DNA of 64,000 nucleotides from a virus: the IMG/VR virus record IMGVR_UViG_3300029787_000018, positions 13,140 to 77,139 of that record; one strand, given 5' to 3'. The stretch's first letter is position 1. Every line of letters begins with the position of its first letter. Made by a program: the position numbers and the translations under genes. Below are positions 20,334 to 30,800 of this stretch, one piece after another. The notes beneath the pieces were generated by a model. It worked only from the letters and a program-made list of their open reading frames with translations, was not told the origin of the DNA and ran no database searches.

Positions 20334-20356
20334 ACTGTGGCGATTTAATAAACTAA
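20192..20356 (+). CDS. 54-aa ORF encoded mainly in the S3 loop (MEYKKILTVADLRDVN...RLIIDVVTYCGDLIN)
   Basis: Hand-translated; AT-rich leader; not in the ORF track. Confidence 0.55.
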   Translation: MEYKKILTVADLRDVNDSYEKGEILYSKMVELLNKRISERLIIDVVTYCGDLIN

Positions 20357-20367
20357 AATTTTGATAA

Positions 20368-20616
20368 ATGACTGAAACTAAAAATACATACGAGCCAAAT
20401 GGCACAGAAGAAGAAGTAAAACTTGGTATTTTGCATAATGTAAACGGCTACTGGGTAAGCAACGAGGGAACTAGACAGCAACCAAACTACCACGTATGGA
20501 TACCAAGTGTAACGCACTCGGTTTGCGACAGTGCCTATGCAGAAATAGACCTTGCCGTTTGTAGATGTAATTATTTGGCGAAAAATAAGATTGAGGCACA
20601 TTACCAGCCATTGTAG
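20368..20616 (+). CDS. cassette 4: hypothetical protein
   Basis: 82 aa; TAG stop inside the right inverted repeat. Confidence 0.6.
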   Translation: MTETKNTYEPNGTEEEVKLGILHNVNGYWVSNEGTRQQPNYHVWIPSVTHSVCDSAYAEIDLAVCRCNYLAKNKIEAHYQPL

Positions 20617-20747
20617 GTAACGGCAAAGTATAAGATTTCGGTTGCGTTTAGGCGACTGGCTTAATTAAATGTGCGTTACTCTGATGGTGTAGAAATACCT
20701 CACAGACAATGACAAACTAAGCAACTGAATTTTATACATTGTTACCC
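20615..20747. repeat. attC-like site S4
   Basis: AGGTAAC ... GTATAAGATTTCGGTTGC (20628-45) / GCAACTGAATTTTATAC (20721-37) att GTTACCC. Confidence 0.7.
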
Positions 20748-20796
20748 ACTTTTTAAAAAGCCGTGCGTGAGGTACGAGGGCAAACACATACAGATT

Positions 20797-21492
20797 ATGA
20801 AATACACAGGAAGTAAAAATAGAATTTCAAAATACATATTACCAGTAATGCTTGAAGGTAGAACCAATGAAACTTGGGTTGAGCCTTTTGTTGGTGGTGC
20901 AAATATGATTGATAAAGTTGAAGGAAAAAGAATTGGTTTTGATAATAATGAATATTTAATAGAGCTATACCATTATTTACAAAATGGAGGTTTAATAGTT
21001 AATAGGTTTATAACAAAAGAACAATGGCACAATGTAAAAGAAAATATTGAAAATTACCCAAAATGGTATGTTGGTTTAGTAGGCGTTTTAGGTTCTTATA
21101 ATGGTAATTGGTTTAGTGCTTATGGTGGTGGAAGTAAAACTAAAGAAGGTAATTATAGAAACTACTTTGATGAAGGTATAAGAGGATTATTAAAACAAGA
21201 TTTATCTAATATTCAATTTGTATTTTCTGATTATAAAAATATTAAAATACCAAATAATAGTATTATTTATTGCGACCCGCCATACCAACTAAAAAACAAA
21301 AGATATAAAGAGCATTTTGATAGTGAAGTGTTTTTTGATTGGTTTAGAAATAAAGCAAAAGAAGGACATAAAGTTTTTGTTTCTGAATATAATGCACCAA
21401 AGGATTTTAAATGTATTTGGCAAAAAGAAATAAGTAAAACTAACCCAAAGCAAAAAGTAAACAAAATAGAAAAATTATTTACGATTGAGTAA
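20797..21492 (+). CDS. cassette 5: Dam-like (D12 class) N6-adenine DNA methyltransferase
   Basis: KYTGSK, VEPFVGG (motif I), YCDPPY (motif IV), VSEY; likely ATG at 20797. Confidence 0.85.
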   Translation: MKYTGSKNRISKYILPVMLEGRTNETWVEPFVGGANMIDKVEGKRIGFDNNEYLIELYHYLQNGGLIVNRFITKEQWHNVKENIENYPKWYVGLVGVLGSYNGNWFSAYGGGSKTKEGNYRNYFDEGIRGLLKQDLSNIQFVFSDYKNIKIPNNSIIYCDPPYQLKNKRYKEHFDSEVFFDWFRNKAKEGHKVFVSEYNAPKDFKCIWQKEISKTNPKQKVNKIEKLFTIE

Positions 21493-21579
21493 GCCGTAAA
21501 GATTGGCGGCTTTTTACATTGTGGGTAACAATTCGCTATGAGTACTACAGCATCACATAACTAACTAAAAATCAATAGT

Positions 21580-21792
21580 ATGCGTGTAAATGTAAAATTT
21601 GAAGCGGTATGGCAAATAAAGGGTAATACAGACTATAAAGTTACTAAACGCAAAATGGTAATTAATTCTAAAACAGAAAAACTATTAACCTATAACAGAA
21701 GAGGTTATTTTATAATGGGTAAATATTTAAAGAAAAAAGATTTAAACCATTATTTAGAAAAGATACCTGAAGAAAATAATTTGCCATTTTAA
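21580..21792 (+). CDS. hypothetical protein, last gene of the + arm
   Basis: 70-aa basic ORF ending in LPF. Confidence 0.65.
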   Translation: MRVNVKFEAVWQIKGNTDYKVTKRKMVINSKTEKLLTYNRRGYFIMGKYLKKKDLNHYLEKIPEENNLPF

Positions 21793-21799
21793 TAAATAA

Positions 21800-21876
21800 A
21801 CCAACTGACAAATAATCTTTGACAGTTGGTGTAATTAAGTATTTCAACTACTCGAAAATATAGAGTAGTTCTTTTT
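21800..21876. terminator. paired hairpins at the convergence of the two genome arms
   Basis: ACCAACTGaCAAA/TTTGaCAGTTGGT (21800-30) and AACTACTC/GAGTAGTT followed by CTTTTT (21846-76). Confidence 0.6.
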
Positions 21877-24800
21877 AAAAAATAGACTCTACCATTGATT
21901 TAGTTGTTCTTACTGCAGAAGGTATAAGCTTGTATTCGATCTTATCCAAATCCATGTAGTAATTGGCATCCCAATAAGCACTCTCTGCAAACCTATTATC
22001 GGTGCTCAATGCAAATCCCCCAATAAGTCCTGACATTGCCAGACCTTTTAGCCCACTATCAAGTCGTTTGGCTAGCTCAGGACTTTCTTTTTGAAGCTTT
22101 TTACGATATTCTATATAATCTTTCGGATTCATGCTTTGAACCTCTGAAACCGTCTTAAAAAGCATTCTTAGCGAACCGATATGTTCGTTACCATAAATAT
22201 CTATATCCTGTTTCGCGAATCTATCGTTTACAACAGTAGGTAAGAATCTTGAAAACTGCAACATCATTCTACCTAAGCTATATTGCTGAATCAATCTTTG
22301 ATCAGTAGCTTGATACCCTTTCCCTTGTGATTTCTTCACCTCGTTCTCCAACATGATCAACCTTTGTTGATCAATAGGCTCTTCCATAGGTTTATACTCC
22401 CCGTTCTCGTCAAACTTGTTCCATTCGGCTTCGGTAAGCATACCCGCCATCTGAACACCTTGAATCCATTTCTCGCTCCACGTCATTGGCATAAGTGCCA
22501 AATCGCCCAAGAAATTATCAAGTCTCCCTTTTGAGGACATAGATACGTTATCGTATACATTGATATCCATAAAGTTCAACGTCTTTAGAATCTTCTGTGT
22601 TCTTTTCATTCGTTTTACAATATCAAATGGATTGGTCGTACTGGTATCCATACCCCAAAAACGGCTTTCTCCTTTTGCCCATTCTTTTACAGAACCGTTT
22701 TTAATGTTATGGTACTTACCAGAGGCTACGTTACCCATGAAATAACTAGCGTTAAAACCTAACTGCCAAAATAGGTTCATCTTAGTCAATAGGTCTACAA
22801 CCTTATCTCCTTTTTCACCTAATAGGTTTTGTCGCTTGCCTTTTAAGTAGTAATCTTTCCAGTTCATTTTTACGTACTTACCGGCATTCTTTAAACCTTT
22901 GTCCTGGTTCAATGCAAGGACACCATCTACAACAGCTTGCATGCTCTTGAATCCTGCAAAGTTTTCATTACCGTTAACGAACAACGTAGAATGAACATAG
23001 CTGTTAAGCGCATGGTTTAAATCCATAGAAGGCATTTCGGTAGCTTTATTACTACGTGTATTGGCAAATCGGTTCATAATACCGAAAGACAATGCAGAAT
23101 CCATTTCAAAATCGGAAACTTCAATATCCGAACCGTCTTCATTTTTGCCGCTTTTTAAGAGCTTCTTAGCCTTGTTCTTTAAAAGAATGTAGTCTTTAAT
23201 CTGCTTGGCATTATTCTTAGTGCTGGCCGACATAGCAGAGTATATGTTATCGATATCCTTAAAGCTAACAAGCTCTTTTTTGCCAGTGTCCGGATTATCG
23301 ATATATAGCATTACTTCGTTTAAGGCGTCATCGCTATTTTTCGTAGATTGGAGCAACCCGAGAAGTCCTCTATTTGAAAAAGATTCAAATGTGCCCATAG
23401 AGGTGTGAGGTATATAGCCTCTCCTGACTCTTTTACCGTCTGAGGTAGAAGAAGGGGCAAGTTCTCCGGTAATGTCAGTGAAAGTTTTGTAGAAGTTGTA
23501 TTCGGCTTCGGATAATCTGCCTTGCTCTTTAAGTTTGTTGATTTCTTCATTGCTTTTTAGTTTGAATTCTTTAATGACCTTACCCTCGGAAACAATCTCG
23601 TTCTCTTCTACAAGATTACCGTAAAGTATGTTGTAAAGGTCTTTTCTGTTGTGAATATAACTATAATAGAAACGTTTTAAAATATCTATAGGGTTACCGC
23701 TATCGAACATGAAACCGAACTTCTCTTTGTAAAGTGCGTTCGTAGTTTCGTTGATCCTGGTAACGTATTTTTTCTTTTCGTTCTGAAACTGTTTCTCCAT
23801 AGCTGTCATATTCCTTACCATACCTTGTATCTCTGGATGATTGGAAGGAATATTGTTAGCCATTAACCAAGTTTGTACAGGACCAAGGTCTTCATTGGTT
23901 TTTGTACGTCCTGTCAACTTTGTTTGTTGAGCGGATATCTTTGCCGCCAACGCCTTTACTATAGGTGTGGTAATATTGGCATACGCATAGGCATTTTTGG
24001 AACCGTACGTTCTATATAGTTCCATAAGCTTTTCGGGGCTGAACTGATTAAAGTCCTTACCCCTGAAGCTTTTGTTATATATTTCGTTGGCTCTCTTTTT
24101 TTCCTTTACGTATTCCTGATAAGCCTGGTTCTTGGATTCCTCTGTTTGAAACTTGTTGAACTCCATGGCATCGTTGAACGTCTGCTTGTCCATAAAGTCC
24201 TGTGACTTGTAATCCCAGAACTCTTCACGAGCTTCCATGCCTATCGGCTCAGCTTTTTTTTTAACACGTGGAACAGGATTGTTGGAACTAGAAGTAATGG
24301 TAACTAAATCTATATCCAATTGGTTGTTCGTGCGTCTAGGAACTTTTTTTATCATTTTTGTAGCGTTCTTGGCTAAATGATTAAGTCTGTTCAACGTGTT
24401 TGAAATAGGCTTGTTGAATACTTCGGACTTGTTTCCTATAAACTTGTAAAGGTTCATATTGCCCTTGGCATCCCTTGACTTGAAGTAGAACTGTGTATTG
24501 TTCTCCAACGCTGCTCTGAACTGTGGGTTCTTTTGCATTTCTATCATAGCCTTTTCAGGTGATAGCCCTTTAATGTCAAAGAAAGGAATATTGTTACGTA
24601 CACCATTGATATCTTTAAGCATCAATATTTCTTCCAATTCCCTAAGCTCTGGACGCGTATAGGTTTTATCGTTTTTCTCCTTGAAATCTTGGTTAAGGTT
24701 CTCTACCAACATTTTGTTCGTGAACGAGTCGGTAATAGGCAACATGGACAAAGGACTTCCCCAACCGTTTTTGGTAAGGTCATAATAAACAAGTTTATAT

Positions 24801-27800
24801 TGCAAGTCTGCAGGAAGTTCCGAAAACTCTTTGTTCATTCTACGTACCTCTTGGGTAGTAAGGCTTTCATCAAAGAAACTACTGTTCATAGAAATATAAG
24901 GCTTGTTTCCATCGAACTTCATATTAAGCCCTTGCGTAAGCAATAGATTGTTTTCAAGATTGCCTTCCATCTTAAGCCCGGCTATATATTCCGATAAATC
25001 TGCAAATACGCTGTTTTCATTTTTAGGATCAACTATTTCGGCCAACTCTTCTTTGGACATATTGTTATATCCCGAAATATTGGAATGTAGGAACTTTGAA
25101 ATACTTCTGGTATACTTCTTAATCTGGTTGTCGTTCAACAGTTCCATGCCTTGCTTAACGGCCAAGCCTTGTAGCAACTTGGTAATAGCGGGTCTATAAA
25201 CCAAATCTATTTGTTTGGTATGTTCCAATGTAGCTTCTGCAGTATTCAAATACCTTTTTAAATCTGGATTACTAGCCATTTCTGCAGGTATGTTCATCGT
25301 AGAATCCTCATTGTTCATAATACGCTTGAACTCTCCTATCTGCTTTTCCAACAAATATGGGTTGGTTTCAATACCGTTATGACCAGCCATAATCTTACTG
25401 ACCTTTTGAATGTCGGCATTGACTTCATCCATTTTCATTATTAGGTTAATAATGTTGGACTGGTTTTTCTGGCTATAGAACTCTTTGTTATTGGTATTGG
25501 TAACTACGCCACCTGTAGAATTGGAATCATATTTTACGGTACCGTTATTACCATTGGAAACAGACCTTTTAGCTAATTCTGTCAACATTTGCTTTCTAGG
25601 GGTGTAACCGTGGAACGCAGAATTGTTTTCGTTCATTATCGAAACATATTCTTTTACCATTGGAGCGTTCATCATAACGGCTACATCTTCAATAGGAATG
25701 TTGAGGTTGACCATTAAGGTAAAAGCCGATACCGTATGTTCGTTTATATTCAATGCATCCGCTGCATTTTCGTTAAGGTTGTCCAGAATAAGGTTGGCTA
25801 CCAATGCAGATTTATGGTTACGGCTTTGATCACCTTCTCCCATATCCTCGAATATCTGGTAATTGGTATTGTTTACCATTATACCTTCTTTCATATTGGC
25901 TCTGTACGCGGCAAGCGTATTGGCAATTCTATGCAAGTTGAAAACGGTACCGATATTCCTTTTGGCGATCATGGAATCCTCATAGGACTTTCTTCTGTAC
26001 GATGGAGAAAATGCCAATGGCTGTTCTTTTACATAGTTAGGGAACTGCTCTTTGATATGTTCCTTTAACTTTTTACCTTCTCCGGAAGTGTCCATTGCCG
26101 TTTGAATGAACGGTGCCATTTTTTCACTAAGCCATAGCTTTTCCATACGGTCTATGACTTCGTTCATTTTTTTGTTTTTTCCTTTATGTTGGATGAACAA
26201 GGCATCACCATCTAAATCCGCACCTATTGTCTTACTGAAAGAAGTAGGTACCTGTACTTGGTTTCCTTTACCAACGGCAAACTCAACAGCTTCGAATATA
26301 CCTGTAAAGTTTGGTCCGTTTGAAGGAACACGAGTGGCTATTACCGTTTCCCCAGGAACATAATAACCGATTACCTTACCGTCTTTAAGAACGGTCTGTG
26401 TTTCAAGTTTTGGCGTTGTTTTATCCCTATTTTTATTAAGGTGTGCTACAAACTTGTCCGCAGCTTCTTTTAAACGCATAAGGTCGTTTTCTTGCGGTGT
26501 TTTGGTCTTGTCAAGATAACCGTTCGTATCAGTGGCTTTGATAGCCATTTCGCCTAATTTACTATCAGGTGTATAGTATTTTCTGGCTCTTACCTTTCCA
26601 TTTAAATGTTGGGGCAATACAATCTCCGCCCTATTAAGTCCTGTAGAAGCTTGCGTATAACCGTTAAGCTCATTACTTCCTTTTATTTCTCCATCAACAG
26701 GCAATTCCCATCCATAACTAGACTTCTGGTGCGCATACGTACCAGCTATTCTTAACTTGTTACCTTTTGACTTTAAAGTGTTCGCTAATTGATTGGAAAC
26801 GATCTCTATTGCTCTAGGGTGTAGTATACCATATTTTTCGATAACGAACCTTTGGACTTGATCCATGTCCTCTTTGTTCATTTCCTTGGTAACTATTTTA
26901 TTATATGTAGCAACATCTTTCTTTTTAAGTTCATTGGTAACCTCGTTAAGGTTTTCGGACATCATATCCGATATCAGTTCTTGTATCGCTTCGGCTTCTT
27001 CAAGATGCCCAAGATTTAAAGAATGAACTAATAGCGAGTTCATTTGCTGTACAGGTAACGTTACTTCATCGGTAACTTTATCCATTACTTGTTGTGGTCC
27101 AAAGTTGTAACCACTGATACCCATAAAACCACCTTTGGAATCATACATGATGTTGTCTTGGAACTCACCCGCTTTGGTAACTCCCTCTTCGTTCATAAGC
27201 TCGTTTAAGTATGGTGCATTCTCCATACCCTTGCCTTTTTGAATTCCCGTTTTCTCAGAAGAAAAAGGAATTGCTATCGGAAAGTAGTTCTCTAGACCAT
27301 CGGTAAAGTTATCACTAGGCATTGCACCATTGTTCTTTTTAGCGTATGCATCGAACATTTTAGCACGTCTGGCTTTCATATGTTCGTATAATCCTTTGAA
27401 CTTGTAGTTCTGATCAACAAAATCTTGGTCGATTATAGTAGTATATCCTTTAAGCAATACGGTGTTACCTCTAAAGTTCGGGTTGTCTTTTTCTACAGAG
27501 TAGTTAAGGAACTTGAAACCTTCATTCAAATCAAATACACCTTTACCAACATTAGCCCAGCGCTCAGCATCTTCTCTAAGTATGAACATACCACCATCGG
27601 TAGAAGCTTCATTATCTTTAGGGTCTTTAAAGAATATAGGCTCAAACTTTAAGTTCTTGTTTACGGATATAACAGGACTACCGGCATTCTTTAAACGCTT
27701 GGCAATACTTGATATCTTAATGTTAGGAGATACTACCTCAGCCATGAACAGACCGTTCATAATTTGATTGTATACATATCCTTTTACAATTTTTTCTCCT

Positions 27801-30800
27801 TTAGGATTAAGCTTTCCGTTTTTATCGAACATAGATTTTAAAGAATCTATCTTCATAAGTTCCTTGCCGTTTTTATTAAAGAAATCAACTTCTTTTTCTC
27901 CTTCTTTAATCAACGATAAGTTAAACTGACGTTTACTTATATTTTCCTCAGATATATTTCTGTAAATATTATAAGCCGCAGTAGTAGTATCGTTGGACAT
28001 ATCAAGCCTTTTAGTAGGCATGTAATACTTTCTAGGACTATCACCGAAAACACCGACGTTCGCCAAATATGTTTTTTTGTTAAGTCCGGAAGCGTACATC
28101 ATAAAGTCCTCAAAGGACTGTTCGTATGAAGTACTGTCCTCAAATGCATTGGCATTGTTGCTTACGCTATCATCGATACCGGTATAGTAAACAAGGTCTG
28201 GTTTGTTTCCAGCTACTACACTATCATAGAAATTGTCCAAAAATTGATTAGGAACGGGTTTGCTGTACGCTTTTGAACGAGTGATATGAGAATACCTTTT
28301 TATAAAATCGGCTTTAGGAATCACGTCACCGTCCTTATTAGGGCGTAATGAATCGTACATCTGGTCAAGCTCTTTGGTCATGTGGTTGTTCATCATACGA
28401 ACAGGAACCATATTTCCTTTGGCATTCTCTACAACACTATCTTGGGTAAACTCCCTATTAGTAGCCATAATAGCATTGGCAATAGGTCTAAAGTTATAAG
28501 GGTACATATACCTGTTACCGTTCTTGGCGGGTTTACCTAAATGCTTGTCGTTATCGATAAAGCTTTTAAGAACTGTTACAGGGCTATAGTAAGTACCTTT
28601 TACGTTGATAAAACCATTTTCCAATATATCCATCATTTTTACGTCAGGAGGTGCCATAAATCGATATGCCTTTACGTAATCTTCATTAGTAGCAGTATCG
28701 TCTTTTATTCTAGCTACGATACCCTCGAACTCCGACCATTGATCACCTAATAAATGACCGCTCTTTTTAAGCATGTAATCTCTGGCTTTAGCCATATTGT
28801 CCATCATGTCTTGTGCTTGGCTCTGCTCTCTTTTAGATAAAGATTCTTCAATAGAGTGGTTTATTTTGCCATCGTTCTCCGACATAACGGACTTAACGGC
28901 ATTTACCATTCTATAGTTGGAGAACAGCGTCCATGTAGAATTCAAAAGAACGGTTTTGGCTTCCGGTGCACGTAGTTCCAAAAATTTGTTGAATGCTTGG
29001 ATATCCGCATGAGGACTGTTTTCAAGTGCGTCTATAAAATCAACGGAGTTGTTTGTATTGGCAGCCAATTGGAACATCTTGTACCTAAACTCTTTCTTAT
29101 CGAATAAAGGACCTTGCTTGCCCCATATGCTTTTTCTAAGCCTAATGGCACGATTGTACTCTTTTACAAAGTTGTTGATTATTTTGGTAGCCTTAGCTGT
29201 TCTGGTCATAAAGCTTTTTTCCGCTATACTGATAACGTTATCGGCATCCTCTTGGTTGTCCGCAACCTCATCTAGTATCTGGTCTAAAGCATCCTCTTTT
29301 CTAGTGAACAAGTTCTTGTTCTCTTCCGGGTCAAAATTGGCAACTTCTTCTTCAAGCCTGCTCTTGACCTTTACCCTACGTTGCATGATGTTTGCATCGT
29401 AAGCTGTGGAGCGAGATTCAAAACCTATTTCGGTAGCTTCTATTCTAGGTACTTCTTTAAGGAACTCCATAACGATGTAATCCCTCATATTATCAATTGA
29501 AAGATCTTGGCCGTCGTTAAGCTTTTGAATAAGCTCTTGGCTTTCCTGTAAGTAAGTAGGTTCAGATTTAGCCTTGGTATCTATCATCTTCCACCACTTA
29601 CGGGTAGTATTGGTTCTTTTAGCTTCTGTACTAAGACCAAAGAAATTATTGTACTTTTTAGAAAGAGGACCTTGCATAGTAGCTACAAAGGCTTCTTCCA
29701 GAATGTATTTCTGCTCGGCCAAAGGTAAAATAGATGCTCCGTACTCAACTAGGTCTTCCTCGGTAGGTTTACCTGAGAACGTTCCTACTTCTTTACTTTC
29801 ACCAACACCAAAATTATATAGAACATAATCTGGATATCTTTCAGCTATTTCATTTACAAGCTTTTTGTTTGCCATGACCTGTTCCAGGACCGCTTTGGTT
29901 TCTGGTCTGTCCTTTGCGAATCTGTAGAAGATGTGTGTCATTTCGTGCATGAACACTTCGCCTTGGTTCCATTCATCGCTACGAACGAATACTGCTGCAG
30001 AAACAGCAAGTCCGGTACCTCGTATACCCAACGCTTTTACAAGGTCGTCAAGTATGTATGCATTTACCCTACTATCAGCTTTAGGGAACATAAAGTTCAA
30101 ACGCTGATTAATGGCAACCATTTTATCAAGGTCGCTAGGACTGTTACGTATACGTCCTATAATAGGAGCTTCGGCTCTGTTCTCTTCAAGAGGTTCGTTG
30201 TTCTCCTCAAAGGTTACGAACTCGTCGGCTTCATTTTGTTCAGATAACTCTGAATTTGATTCAGCTAATTCATCGCCTCTTGATTCCATAAAAGGACCAA
30301 CTCCTTTTTTATAAGCATCTATAGCACTACTAAGTTTCTTTTTGATCTTAGTAGCCTGGCTTTTGATTTGCTTCTTTGTTTTGTTAACCTGCTTTGGCTC
30401 GGCTTGCTTGTTAACAAAGTTCTGGAACTGCTTGGATTTATCCTTGGCGGTTTCTTTTACCTTGTCAAAAGTATCGTTGAATTTGTCTACTATTTCCTGC
30501 TCTTTGGGAGTCAACGATTTTTGACCTTTTATTTTAGCTACGATATCATCGTACGTCTTTTTTGCTAAACCTTTAGGTAATGCTTTATTAGCTTTAGCCT
30601 TAGCTTTTTCTGCTAGTTCTGAAATACGTTTCTTAACCTCTTTGGCACGTTGCTCTCTTTTAGAAGCATCTTCCTTAGATTCTTTTTTCTTGGGCTTACT
30701 AAGTGTTTCGGACTCTTCTTCCAAATCACTAAGCTCATTTAATTCATCCTCTGTAATATCATCTGAAACCTCACCCGTTACATCATCTGATTCTACACTA

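Larger units (their letters stand above)
18605..21545. mobile_element. integron-like gene cassette array (5 cassettes, attC-like sites)
   Basis: Five segments, each flanked by its own GTT.../...AAC inverted repeat, separated by imperfect AAC-N6-9-TAT...ATA-N4-6-GTT hairpins; see findings. Confidence 0.7.

Noticed and set aside
20420-20450. Possible relic hairpin arm inside cassette 4 (GCATAATGTAAACGGC, peptide ILHNVNG)
   Set aside because: The core is GTA rather than GTT and no partner arm was found; too weak to call.
18929-21529. IS/MITE terminal inverted repeats
   Set aside because: No transposase and no target-site duplications, and each unit has a different repeat that keeps only GTT/AAC.
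18605-21545. CRISPR array or simple terminators as the explanation for the repeats
   Set aside because: The repeats are not identical direct repeats with uniform spacers. The pairings span whole genes and lack U-tracts.
1-21792. DNA polymerase or integrase gene
   Set aside because: No PolA/PolB or recombinase motifs recognised; they may lie outside the window.
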